From Mobula hypostoma (lineage: Eukaryota): a stretch of DNA of 64,000 bases. A program made the position numbers and the translations under genes. Of the stretch, positions 26,481 to 39,207 are shown piece by piece. Under the pieces are notes generated by a model. That model had not been told where the DNA came from. It saw only the letters and a list, made by a program, of their open reading frames with translations, and made no database searches. Position 1 is the first letter of the stretch. Each line of letters starts with the position of its first letter. Where the stretch lies: NCBI RefSeq assembly GCF_963921235.1, contig NC_086097.1:220784001-220848000 (forward strand), given 5' to 3'.

Positions 26481-28449
26481 ATTCTAGTCAAGAAGAAAAG
26501 AAAAGCAAAGCTTACAAAAGATTCAGAGAGTGAGGTAATGTTAGGGATCTAGAAGATTATAAGGTTAATAGGGAGGAGCTTAAAAAGGAAATTAGGAGAG
26601 CCAGATGGGGCCATGAGAAGGCCTTGGCAGGCAGGATTAAGGAAACCCCCAAGGCATTCTACAAGTATGTGAAGAGCAAGAGGATAAGATGTGAAAGAAT
26701 AGGACCTTCCAAGTGTGACAGTGGGAAAGTATGTTTGGAACTGGAGGAAATAGCCGAGGTACTTAATTAATACTTTAATTCAGTATTGACTATGGAAAAG
26801 GATCTTGGTGATTGTAGTGCTGACTTGCAGCAGACTGAAAAGCTTGAGCATGTAGATATTAAGAAAGAGGATGTGCTGGAGCTTTTGGAAAGCATCAAGT
26901 TGGGTAAGTCGCTGGGACCAGATGAGCTGTACCCCAGGCTACTGTGGGAGGCGAGGGAGGAGATTGTTGAGCCTCTGGCAATGATCTTTGAATCATCAAT
27001 GGGGACAGGAGAGGTTCTGGAGGATTGGAGGGTTGCGGATGTTGTTCCTTTATTCAAGAAAGGAATGAGAGGTAGCCCAGGAAATTATAGACCAGAGAGC
27101 CTTACTTCAGAGGTTGGAAAGCTGATGGAGAAGATCCTGAGAGGCAGGATTTATGAACACTTGGAGAGGTTTAATATGATTAGCATGGCTTTGTCAAGGG
27201 CAAGTCGTTCCTTACAAGCCTGATTGAATTTATTGAGGATGTGACTAAACACATTGATGAAGGAAGAGCAGTAGATGTAGTGTATATGGATTTCAGCAAG
27301 GCATTTGATAAGGTACCCCATGCAAGGCTTATTGAGAAAGTAAGGAGGCATGGGATCCAAGGGGACATTGCTTTGTGGATCCAGAACTGGCTTGCCCACA
27401 GAAGGCAGAGTGGTTGTAGATGGGTCATATTCTGCATGGAGGTCGGTGACCAGTGGTGTGCCTCAGGGATCTGTTCTGGGACCCTTACTCTTCGTGATTT
27501 TTTAAATGACCTGGATGAGGAAGTGGAGGGATGGGTTGGTAAGTTTGCTGATGACACAAAGATTGGAGGTGTTGTGGATAGTGTGGAGGGCTGTCAGAGG
27601 TTACAGCGGGACATTGATAGGATGCAAAACTGGGCTGAGAAGTGGCAGATGGAGTTCAACCCAGATAAGTGTGAAGTGGTTCATTTTGGTACGTCAAATA
27701 TGAAGGCAGAATATAGTATTAATGGTAAGACTCTTGGCAGCGTGGAGGATCAGAGGGATCTCGGGGTCCGAGTCCATAGGACGCTCAAAGCAGCTGCACA
27801 GGTTGACTCTGTGGTTAAGAAGGCATACGGTGTATTGGCCTTCATCAATCGTGGAATTGAGTTTAGGAGCCGAGAGGTAATGTTGCAGCTATATAGGACC
27901 CTGGTCAGATCCCACTTGGAGTACTATGCTCAGTTCTGGTAACCTTACTACAGGAAGGATGTGGAAATCATAGAAAGGGTGCAGAGGAGATTTACAAGGA
28001 TGTTGCCTGGATTGGGGAGCATGCCTTATGAAAACAGTTTGAGTGAACTTGGCCTTTTCTCCTTGGAGTGACGGAGGATGAGAAGTGACCTGATAGAGGT
28101 GTATAAGATGATGAGAGGCATTGATCGTGTGGATAGTCAGAGGCTTTTTCCCAGGGCTGAAATGGTTGCCACAAGAGGACACAGGTTTAAGGTGCTGGGG
28201 AGTAGGTACAGAGTTGATGTCAGGGGTAAGTTTTTTCACTCAGAGTGGTGAGTGTGTGGAATGGGCTGCTGGCAATGGTGGTGAAGGCGGATATGATAGG
28301 GTCTTTTAAGAGACTTTTGGATAGGTACATGGAATTTAGAAAAAAGAGGGCTATGGAGAAGTCTAGTAATTTCTAAGGTAGGGACATGTTCGGTACAACT
28401 TTGTGGGCCAAAGGGCCTGTATTGTGCTGTAGGTTTTCTATGTTTCTAT
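26481..28449 (+). mobile_element. CR1 LINE, 5'-truncated, frameshifted
   Basis: RT motifs in ORFs 26786-27223 and 27241-27942; (tttctatg) tail; same subfamily as 39208-41184 and 63172-64000. Confidence 0.92.
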
Positions 28450-29429
28450 CTCCCATGTCGACTACCCAAAATCCATCCACCTTTCCAGATGTTTGTCTTT
28501 TCTTTCTATCCCTTCCAGTAAATAACCTCCCAGATGTTAGACCTATAATTTTTTAGCACCCTTAAATAAAGTCAACTCTCCAATCTACTAACACCTTAGC
28601 CGTGGCCAACAATGATGGAAATATCTATTCCAGGGCTCCCACGATTTCTTCTTTAGCATCTCCTCTACTGTAATACAGAGTATCCCCAGACTTCCCTATT
28701 TACTTTTCCTAGTTTTGATGTCTTTCTCCAAGGTAAAACAAAGACAAATATTTATTAAGGACCTTGCCCATCTCCTGCGGCTTCACTCAAAGGTATCGCC
28801 TTTGGTCTTAGAGGAATGCTATTCTTGCTCTAGTTACTTTTTTTTCCCCTTAAAATATTTCAAAAAAATCTTTGAAGTTTCTGTAATCTTCACTGCTGGC
28901 GTTATCTCTTGCCCATTTTGCTCTCCTGATTTCTTTCTTAAGTACACCTCTGCATTCCCTACACTTCTCCTGGGAATCACTTGTTCTCAGCTGCCTGTGG
29001 CTGAACCATTTCTTTCTTCCCTAGCTAGGGCTGCAATCTCTCATCATGCAGGGTTCCCCACTCTTACCAGCCTTGTCCCTCACTAACAAGAACGTGCAGA
29101 TCTTGAACTCTCAATATTTCATCTTTAAAAGCCTCCCATTTGCCTTCTACACTAGCAAGGATAATTTCATTCACCTCAACACTGAACTGATTCCAGGACT
29201 TATTGATTCACTTTCAAGGACTCCACAACTTATGTTCTCTGTATTATTTATGTACTGCATTTGCACACTGGCTGTCTTTTGTGAAGTTTTTCATTGATTC
29301 TATTGTCTTTATTCTACTGTGAATGCTTTCAAGAAAATGAAACTCAGGGTAGCAGATGGTGACATATACGTACTTTAGTAGTAAATTTACCTTAAACTAC
29401 AGGCCCTTTGCTCACAAAACCACCTCCAA

Positions 29430-29660
29430 ACAAAAACACAAGAGATTCTACAGATGCTGGAAATCCAGAGTAACACACATAATGCTGAGGAACTCAACAG
29501 ACCAAGTAGCATCTATGAAAATGAATAAAGAGTTTCTTATTCTGGCTTCTTTCCCCTTCTTTTCCAGTCCTGTTGAAGGGTCTCAGCCTGAAACATCGAC
29601 TGTCTATTCATTTCCATAGACACTGCCTGACCCATCAAGTTCCTCCAGCATTTTGTGTGT
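29430..29660. mobile_element. Fold-back Penelope-terminus element with decayed hammerhead
   Basis: inverted terminus followed by forward terminus; agtc-CTGTTGA-agggtctcagcct-GAAAC-atcgact at 29566-29601. Confidence 0.78.
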
Positions 29661-30585
29661 CTGAATCCAATCAAACTTTAAGCTCCTGTTTTGTATTGTC
29701 CAAATTCACCCTGTTCCAATTTAGAACCTGAATCCGCATACCAATATCCGTAATTATTCAAAAACTAATAGAACTTTGGTCTTTGGTCCCAAGGTGTGCC
29801 CCCAGTCACCTTAGTCACTTGGCCCATCCTAGAACTTAAGAGTAAGTTGATATTTGCCCTCTCCCAAGCAGAGCGCTCTATATTGTCCAAGGAAACTTTC
29901 CTGAATTTAACAAATTCTACTCAATATGAGACCATAACAGTATGGCAGTCCCCGTCTACATTAGGCAAGTTAAAATCCTCTACAATGACAACCTTATCAG
30001 TCCAACAACTCTGCATAACATCCGGCATTTTTGTTCTAATTCCCATTGATTACTTGGGGGCCTATAGTACAATCCCAACAATGAGTTCACTCCTTTCTTA
30101 TTTCTCAATTTCACCCATAAAGCCTCACTGAATGATCCTTCAGACTAATGTGACATCCTTCTTTATCAAGAATGCAAGCCCTCTCCTCTCCATTCCCCCC
30201 AAAATTAAGCCGATAGTCCTGTCCCTCTCTTACCCATTATGACTCAAATATCTCAGTCCCACAAAATTATACAAGCCCTAAGCACACCCACCTCACTTGT
30301 CAGACCTCTTGTACTGAAATAACTGCAGTTTGATCAAACATTACCCATCCCTCTTGTATAGGTCAACTCTCCCCCAGAAGAGAGCTCAATAGTCCAAAAA
30401 TCTGAGCATCTGTCTCTACACCAATTTTTCAGCCCTTGTTAAGCAGGCTTGATAACAGTTTTAGCTTGGATAGTTTGGCAGGTGTATGGGTTTGAATGGG
30501 ATCCGGGATCAGCCATGATGGAATGGTGGAGCAACTTGATAAGCTGAATGGCCTAATTCTGCTCCTATGGATGCAAGAGACTGAA

Positions 30586-31753
30586 AATGCACACAAAAGA
30601 TTCTACAGAAGCTGGAAATCCAGAGCAACACACACAAAATGCTGGAGGAACTCAGGTCAAGCAATTTCTATGGAAATTGATGAACTGTTGATGTTTTGGG
30701 TTGAAACCTTTCTTCAGGACTAGAAGGTAAGGGGGAAGATACCAGAATAAAAAAAAAGGTGCAGAGGTGTGAAGGAAAGGAGAATTAACCAGAGGATCAC
30801 AGGTGAAGCCAGGCAGAAGAGGTGAAAGGCTGGAGAAGAAGGAATCTGATAGGAGAGGCAAGTGGATCATGGGAGAAAGGGAATAAGGAGGAGCACCAAC
30901 AGGAGATGATACACAGGTGAAGAGAAGAGGTAACAGCCAGAATGGGGAATAGAAGAGGGAAGGGGGAAGGTGAAAAAAAAATACTGGAAGGACAAATCAA
31001 TGTTCATGCCATCATATTGGAGGCTACCTAAGTGTTGCTCCTCCACCCTGAGACTGGCCTCTTCACGGTAAGAGGCCATGGACTGACATGTGAGAATGGG
31101 AATGGGAATGGGGAAAAGAATTCAAATGGTCGGCCACTGTGAAATTTCACTTTTGGCAGATGGAGCAAACATGTGAGTGTTGCCTCACCTGGAAGGACTG
31201 TTTGAGACCCTGAATAGAGGTGAGGGAGGAGGTGAATGGGCAGGTGTAGCATTTCTATTGCTTGCAGGGCTATGTGTCAAGTGAGAGACTAGTGGGGAGG
31301 GAAGAATGGATGAAAGAGCTGTTGATTCCTGCACAAAGCAGGAAGTTGTGGGGGGAGGGGAGAGGAGAGGAGGAGGTAAAGATGTGTTTGGTGGTAGGAT
31401 CCCATTGAAGGTGGAAGAAGTTGAGGAGAAGGATGTGTTGGATATGGAGGTTCTTTGAATGATAGGTGAGGACAAGAGGAACTCTATCCCTGTTAAGTCG
31501 GCAGGAAGATGGGGCGAGCATGGATGTCCAGGATATGGAGGAGATGCAGGTCAGGGCAACATCAATGATGGACGAAGAGAAACCTCATTCTTTGATGGAC
31601 GAGGACACCTCTGATGTCCTGACAAGGAAATCCTCATCCTGGAAACAGATGCAGAAGAGACAATGGAACTGAGAAAAGGGAATGGCATTTTTACAGGAGT
31701 CAGGATGGGAAGAGGTATAACCAAGAAAGCCATAGGAATCAGTAGGTTTATTC
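30586..31753 (-). mobile_element. Degraded Penelope-like element 3' part
   Basis: RDRVPLVLTYH, LRVEEQHL...GMNID remnants; terminus at ~30590-30720; possible TSD agactgaa at 30578-30585 and 31754-31761. Confidence 0.8.
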
Positions 31754-33143
31754 AGACTGAATCTGGAGCATCAAACAAATTACTAGCAGAACTCAGTGGT
31801 GAAGCAGCATTTGTGAAGGCAGAGGGATGGTCAACGTTTCTGGTCGAGACTCTGCACAGGTCCTGATGCAGGGTGGTGACTAGAACCAGACTATTATTTT
31901 GCCTCCAAAAATGCTGCTCCATTTGCCAAATTCCTCTTTTTGTTTTGCAATTTCAATATTTAGTTTCTCCGGTTGTACAAATTAATCATTTCTAAAAATT
32001 ACAGTAAATGTGGTGATGCAGCATTAAATAAAGAGTCAAACTAGGATGGACAACTTACTTCACATTTACTCTGCAATAAATGCAGTTACAATAATTCAGA
32101 CAGTTCATATAAATGAAAATACAATTCATAGACAACACGTTCAAAATAAAACCAGGTTCCTGATTATTTGAGACATGATCATTATAGTTCTGGTAAGATT
32201 CATTGCATTTTAATACTCATCAGTTGCCAGCAATGAAAAAGGTCACTTTTATCCATTAACTTTGAAAACATCTATAATAAAATAAAGCAGAGTTAAAAGA
32301 AATTATCCATGAATATTTAATTCAAAAATACAGCCTTCCTTCCTCTTGCTGTTTGCACATTTTGGCAATAGACCTTGATGTGAAGGAAAGGTAGTAGTTT
32401 GAGCATCCAGCTCTAACAGTACCAAGTGAGGTTTAGGCACAGTAAGGCACAATATTACACTGCCTATACTTTTGCTACTTTTAGAACATCTCACATCAAA
32501 ATAACATTTTGCACTCAAAAAAATTGTTACTATGCACTCAAATAATGAAAATTGTGGTAATTTTGTGCTTTCAGTCATTACGTGATGATATGCACCTCAT
32601 TCTCATATTGGAATCCACAACCAGGAGGATGCCTTTACCTCATTAATTCAACTTTCGTTTACAATTAGATGACAAAGTTGAAACACGTATGGATTAGTTA
32701 CTAGAACTTGATGACATGTATGATCACTTTCCTTGTGATCAAAAATGCAATGTAGGAAAGGAGTTGTTTGCAGTTTAACTTCTAATTCCTCACCTACACA
32801 CTAGTGATGTTCCAAACTGGAAAAATGGACAGGAGTCCAAGAAAACATTGAAGTGCTTTATCCAGGAGCATTCCTTAATTTACAAAATTAAAAGCTCCAC
32901 CTATAGTTAGCAGTCTATAAATGTTTTTAAACTTGATGGTAACGAAGATCCTTATACGAAATTCTCATTTCAATGCAATTTTTTATAAAATCAAAACTCA
33001 TTTCAAATTAGCAACTCCCTATTTACAGAATGTTGTACACCTTCAAACCTTGTAATAGTTACCTGATATCTATCGTTATATCTGCAGCACTGCATATTAA
33101 GGCCTTGCACAACTTTTTATAAAACTATTTAAATTTGGCAGCC

Positions 33144-33149
33144 TTTATT
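33144..33149 (-). terminator. Candidate TRAM1 polyadenylation signal AATAAA (3' UTR ~1.2 kb)
   Basis: plus-strand tttatt within an AT-rich, repeat-poor stretch downstream of the stop codon; other sites (e.g. ATTAAA near 32210) are possible. Confidence 0.4.
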
Positions 33150-34346
33150 GTTCATAGAGTTAAAAAATAGTAAGTATACATTTCTTTGATTTTCTACTGC
33201 AATTTTTTTCTCCATGGTTTTCTTTCAAAATGTGATATTGCAGCGATCTCTTAAAATTCTGCCTGTTCAAACTAACCTGAGTAGATGACCAGATAAGTGG
33301 AGAAAATCGCAATTTCAATCAAAAGAAATTAAAGTGTGGAAAATAAATGACATTAGGAACCAATCCTTTATATAAACTTACATTTATGTGAATCCTCTAG
33401 TATTAAAAAAATGAAGTATAATTATCCTGTAAATATTAACAATAGAAACTGGTACAGGTTCTCATTTGATATGTTTTAAAACTGCTCTGGTGATGAATTG
33501 CTAAGTAATCTGCTCATATAACTTTATAAGATGATACAGCCTTTAAAAGGAAAGATAACATTTTCTTCAGGCTGTGATGAATGACAAAATAAAGTTAAAA
33601 TATACAAACTTCAAAACTCAACATACAGGTGAAAACAAATGTTAAAATACCAATTTTTTTCCAGACAAGGTCACTGCCTCAATTGCATTGCTACAGCACT
33701 TTGTATTTTTATGTCAATTTGCAAGATTATCATTTTAGTGGCATACGAATGGAGAACAGACCATTATTTGATGTTGTATTCCCAAGGGGTAGAGAGGTGC
33801 TGCACATGAGAAATTTCCCACGTCCCAACATAGCGTAGTCCCCACTGGGAGCGACAGATCACCAAATCTTCCCAAGTCAAATCTACTTTGGTAAGGTTGA
33901 GCTGCTTTTTCTTTCAAAAAAAACCACTTCTGCACAAGTAACAATTTTCTTGCTGCAGGAATCCTGGAGGTTAGGAATATTTAGCCCTAGCTACAGTGCA
34001 ACTTCTCATCAAGACTTGCACTCGAGGATTAGTTTATGGTCGTCCTGTATTCTATTTCTTGTTGAGTTGTTCTGGTAGAGCAGAACTTCACAGACAAATT
34101 GAAAACTCAATAACCTGCTCTATTTTCTCTGTAAAATGGGGACAGTGTGAATAAAGAAAAGCCTCCCCCCACCCCACCATACCCTTCAGTTTCTCACTTC
34201 CCTTAGTTGTATTGGCTTTTAATTGTTTCCGGTTGCTCAAGTACCTAGAAATCTCTACTACAGCAAATTAAATAATGTTTGAGAGAAAACTGTCAATGGA
34301 AATTGAGTAAAGCAATTGGCAAATTGTATATAGGTGTGTCTATTTT

Positions 34347-34420
34347 TCAAGATGATTTAGTTTTCCTCAAACGTGGAGAATCTTTATCTTCGGGAGTGAC
34401 GGTCCCATTTACTCCATTAG
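34347..34420 (-). CDS. TRAM1: TRAM1 exon 11, terminal coding part (ANGVNGTVTPEDKDSPRLRKTKSS*)
   Basis: ctttcag acceptor; 74 nt to TGA; NGVNGT...DSPR motif and C-terminal KxKxx ER-retrieval signal; total CDS 1119 nt. Confidence 0.93.
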
Positions 34421-35150
34421 CTGAAAGATAGAGGGACAGGTTATGATAGTTTCATACCCATTGAGAACTGGGGGTTGAAATTCATTACAATTTCAATCAT
34501 AGTGTGAACTGCAAACAAGCTGAACAATATGGAATTAGATACAAGAACAGAATACAAGGTAACTATGCAGGAGAGAACACTAGAAACATATTCAAACTGA
34601 CTGCATTAAAAATAACACAAGCAAAAATGGAAGGGATGTAAAACAAGCAGGGAGATATCTGTACCATAATGCCAATCAACATCCCTCTCATGGAAAATTA
34701 GTGATTATAGCATAGAATGCAAGGGAAGAAATTATTCTGATTTGAAGTAGATTGCAAAATCGTGCAGAATTAATTTTGATATTATTGCAAACAATATGTT
34801 TATTACTTCAAGTGGGTACGAATGATAAAGGAAGAATAAGAATCGAGAATGGCAGGAAAAGGACCAAAGGTACAAAAAAATGTGTAAGTATGAAAAAGGG
34901 CAAGTATTGACCTTTTTAGATCAGCATCTAGAAGAGAATTGATAGCCAAATGAATACAACCCAAAACACCAATCCATTCATTCTTCAAGATGCCAATTAA
35001 TCAGCTACAAATTCACAGCAATGCTTTCGTAACAGTGAAGGAGCATTGTAACATCTTAGAGAAAACCATACATTTCAAACAGTTTAAAAATTATTTGCAA
35101 TACCACTGCTCATCATCAAATGTCATCACATCTTAAATGATTAAACTAAC

Positions 35151-35311
35151 CTTTATTTTCTCCTTTTTTAGTTGGTTTGTTCTTTGTATTAGTGGCTTTC
35201 TTTTTTAGAGCCTGTATTTGTGCATGTTCTTTCCACCTTTTAAGCTGGAAATTTATGAACTTCCACATCATATATGCTTGGGTTAAGCAAATGGCAGCCA
35301 GAGCACTTATT
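35151..35311 (-). CDS. TRAM1: TRAM1 exon 10 (ISALAAICLTQAYMMWKFINFQLKRWKEHAQIQALKKKATNTKNKPTKKGENK)
   Basis: ttgcag acceptor; 161 nt; G|gttagt donor; QA-x-MMWKFINFQL-x-RW motif. Confidence 0.94.
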
Positions 35312-35606
35312 CTGCAATTAATAATGCAATTACATTTAGTTACATTGGCTCCACTGTCATCTTCTCTTTACCAGAAACAACTATGTCCTATGGGCAAGTC
35401 ATTAAGTGAGTTAGTTAATTAATGTATACAATAAAAAAAAATTTTCAAATCAAGTTTCCAGTTATTTTTTGTGCTGTCCCAAAAAATCATTGCCCTTAAG
35501 AACACTTTACTGCACAGGTCCTAATACATAATCTTCATAATGAATTCTTAATAGTAAGCCTGCAAAAAACATCAGAATTGAGCTGAATACTACTACAACA
35601 TGGCAT

Positions 35607-36013
35607 ACACACTCAGTGGTTCATGGTCTTCTGCTGCTGTACCCAACCACTTCAAGGTGTTTTGCGTTGTGCATTCAGAGATGCTTTTCTGCACAAATCT
35701 GTAATGTGTGGTTAGTTGAGTCTGGCCATTCTCCTCTGGTCTCTCTCATTAAGAAGGCATTTTCACCCACAGAACTGCAGCTCACTGCTGTTTTCTTTGT
35801 TTCTCACACCATTTTCCATAAAGTCTAGAGACTGTTGTGCATGAAAATCCCAGAAGATCAGCAGTTTCTGAAATACTCAAACCAAAAATCATACCATGAT
35901 CCAAGTCACTTAGATCACATTTCTTCCCCATTCTGCTGTTTGATCTGCATGCATTGAGTTACTGCCATGTGATTGGTTGATTAGATACTTGTATTAACAA
36001 GGTGTACACTGAG
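35607..36013. mobile_element. Probable Tc1-derived non-autonomous element (TRAM1 intron 9)
   Basis: ends cactcagtg ... cactgag are inverted; Tc1-like terminal sequence; degraded. Confidence 0.5.
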
Positions 36014-37089
36014 CTCTCTTTAACTATGAAGAATAAGAAACTCTGGGTAAATTTTCCCTTGCTTAGTCTAAAGACCTGCTCTAATTTTCCAAATGTCAGT
36101 TAACTGAAGATCAAAGATTGCACTGAGGACTTCTGACAGTGGAACAAAGCTACTTACTGCTTTATATCAATGGGCCAGGTTGATACATAGCTGAAAGTTG
36201 TTCCAGGTCAATTTAATCCAGACAGTAGTTGGCAACAGTTTGCTTTAGTATTGTGAAAAAAATTGAGGACATAATTCAACAAGTAAGATGGCAAAAAAAT
36301 CCATTAATCGGGAACTTAGATAATGGAGAGGATAGCAATGATATAATTAACTGTGTCCTTGCCTCCCTCAATGACACTGAAATCCCCACTTTGACATTGG
36401 CAAAAATCTTAGCCAAGAATAGCAGGCTACAAAGTCCCAATCAGCCGACAGCATAGAAAGGACTGTAATCAATGTTATAGGGTCAACTCCATGTGGGACA
36501 ATTTGTGCAAGCTCTTAGTACAATTATGCTCTAACAAAGAAGATAGCCTAATATTTATCAGAAATTGTAAGTTAAGTTTGCATGTACTTAAAGGTGAAAT
36601 ATATTTCCTTTGCCTTTGTTCCATGGGTATATATTGCTCCTTGAGAGAAAAAAAATAGGCCTTCCACATATTGTAGCTATCCATGGACCAATAATTGATT
36701 GACTTGATAAAGGTTTATGGGGTTCAAATTAGCTGACTTCATGCGCCTGCCAGGATAAAGCATAGATATATGATATATCTACATTTACCATTTAGGCCAG
36801 TAGATACAGGTACTGCCGTCAAGGATAATTGTGTACGTTAATGCACAACACTACCAGTGCTCAGTGCAGAATTGTTAATGTGAGGGATTTCTACCCTCTT
36901 TTAGATACCAACAATTGCTATGATATTGTCACAGGCTGCCCAAAAGCACCACATATAACTGGTGATTCTTCACAATGCCTAAAATGGTGCATTGACTGAA
37001 CTTTTATGCAGTGAGTCATAGTGATAGAGCACAGAAACAAGCTGTTTGGCCCACCATTGCCCATGCCAGCTTGATGTCCTAATTTGTGT

Positions 37090-37272
37090 TGTTCCTCTCT
37101 GCTCTTTGTGCCGCATCCAGGAACAACCTTGACATGTCTTTAGCGTTTGTTTATGAGGCTGAGTTGCTAGCTTGACGTTCAGTCCAGCACAGATGGAAAG
37201 TATGCAAGGAGCCAGCAGGGTTCAAACCTGGGACCACTCGCCTCGAAGTCCCGTGCGGATGCCACTATACCA
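37090..37272 (-). mobile_element. tRNA-derived SINE inserted in a CR1 3' remnant (~37010-37710)
   Basis: minus strand begins tggtatagtgg (box A) ... ggtttgaaccc (box B). Confidence 0.65.
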
Positions 37273-38299
37273 GTTTGATCTGCCGCCTAGCCCCATCTAC
37301 CTCCACCCAGAGCACATAGCCCTCCGCACCCCTCTCACCCATATACCTACACAATCTTTTCTTAAATTTTGCATCCACCGCTTCTGTCACACCACCTTCC
37401 AAATGAAGATCCCCCTCACATTCCCCTTATGTATTTCACTTTCACACTAAACTTACAACTTCTAGTTCTAGTTGCATTGAATTAAAGGGACATTCACCCT
37501 CTCTATACCCCTCAATTTTGTATAGACTCCAGTGAATAAAGACCGAACTAATCAACCTTTCCCTACAACTCAGCTCCAGCAATATCTTTCTAAGTTTTCA
37601 CTGCACTTTTCCCAAGCTTTCCTGTAAGTAGGTGGTCAGAACTGCACACTTTATTCTTAGTTCAGGCTCACTGTCACATAAAACTTCAGTATAACATTCC
37701 AAGTCCTGTACTCTGATGTTGAAAACAATTGTGGACTCCAAATTTTCAGTGACCAAGATCAATTGGTTCAGCACAAATGAGGAACCAATTCCAGGAACTA
37801 CTGATCATGTGGCTTTACACTACAAGAAATGCAATTACCTACAAAACCCCTTGGGATATTTGTAGAAGGAATTTCTGTGCAAAAGGTCCAGGATAAGGTC
37901 CAGGATAACTTTAAAGAGGTAGAACAATAAATACTGTTTTATTCTTGCGCTGTAAACAATTCCTTTGCTGAAATAAGTCTAATTTACACTGTATGCACTG
38001 CAGAGACAGCAAGTCTAGTTACAAAAAAATTGTATGAAGTATTGTTACAATAACAATCTACCATTAAGATACTGGGGAGATAGACCCTTTCCATTTCCGC
38101 CTCACATCTGTAATAATTAAAGATGAAATGACATTAAACAAATAGTCACTATAATCAGAGAACAAGTCTATTGAGATGATTCGAAGATTAGCATCAGGGC
38201 ATGTGTAATTGAAAAATGGTGCAGAAAAGTAATGTTATGACTTTATACTATTACCTTCAAGGCAACAACATCATTTTTTATCTGATTTAACATTTGTAC

Positions 38300-38443
38300 C
38301 TTATAGCCAGTATGTTGAAATTTCCGGTGGCTAAATCGAGACTTTGATTTTGAGATCCAGAAAGGCCAAATCCGATCGTGAGGACAGACAGAGAGAGAGT
38401 AAGCAGTCGTGCCACTACGAACAAGGTGGCCCAAACCGTAAAA
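38300..38443 (-). CDS. TRAM1: TRAM1 exon 9 ([49 protein letters not shown])
   Basis: atttcag acceptor; 144 nt; AG|gtacaa donor; RLLTL...GFGL...GNFN motifs. Confidence 0.95.
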
Positions 38444-38689
38444 CTGAAATTTAAAGCAGAATAGCAAGATTGCAAATCCAATATATATAAACTGCAAATA
38501 AGTGGCAAATGAAAGTCAGAAGTCCGTAAAATTCAAAATTTTAACTTTCTTTTCGAAATATTCTATAACAAAGCAATCTATGGTTTTCCTTTGCTCAGCC
38601 TAGATAAAAATTGGGTTTGGGTGTACACAGCATATTTCACAACCTTAGTATATCCCTTAGCACTTTACAATCAGAGTACTTTTAAGACT

Positions 38690-38990
38690 CTAGTAATGTA
38701 AGAAATGTGACCATCATTTTAAATGCATCAAGTTTCCATAAGTGCAGCATGGTGATGTTTAAGTGATACTGACTGAGGGATAAATATTAGTCAATCACAA
38801 AGAACTGCCCTGCTTTTCTTTCAATAGTGCCATGAGATCTTTCACATCCACCATATAGAATCAACATGATTTACTGCCTCACCAATGACAACACTATCAA
38901 GAGGGCAGCATACCCCCACTATTCCACTGTGTACTTAAGCTCAATATGGAACTGGAACCCACAGCCTTCTAAAAATCTAAAGGCAGACAA
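38690..38990 (-). mobile_element. Ancient Deu-domain SINE remnant (AmnSINE/SacSINE-like)
   Basis: gagggataaatatt...ccctgcttttcttcaatagtgccatgagatctttcacatccac resembles the Deu domain as I recall it; not search-verified. Confidence 0.55.
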
Positions 38991-39207
38991 TCAAAACAAG
39001 AGCAGGAGGCTGCTGCAGTACCAAAATATTCCCAATACTTCATCTAAAATAGAAATATTTTTCTTGATATGTGTTGGCTCATCACTAAAAAGAAGCAGCA
39101 AGATGAAGCAGCAATTCAGTCAGATGAAAACTCAGCTAAAAGGGTACAAGAATCTGATCTACGTTTAAGCTTAAGATCACTGCAATAACACAGAGCAGTG
39201 AATTTGT

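Larger units (their letters stand above)
25560..30430 (-). mobile_element. Ancient degraded CR1, interrupted by a younger CR1 and Penelope termini
   Basis: [14 protein letters not shown]...KYADDTKIG at 25916-26212; degenerate upstream parts at 28450-30430. Confidence 0.6.

Noticed and set aside
14750..32000. Exons of a neighbouring gene downstream of TRAM1
   Set aside because: No recognisable non-transposon peptide; listed ORFs are TE fragments, antisense shadows or low-complexity
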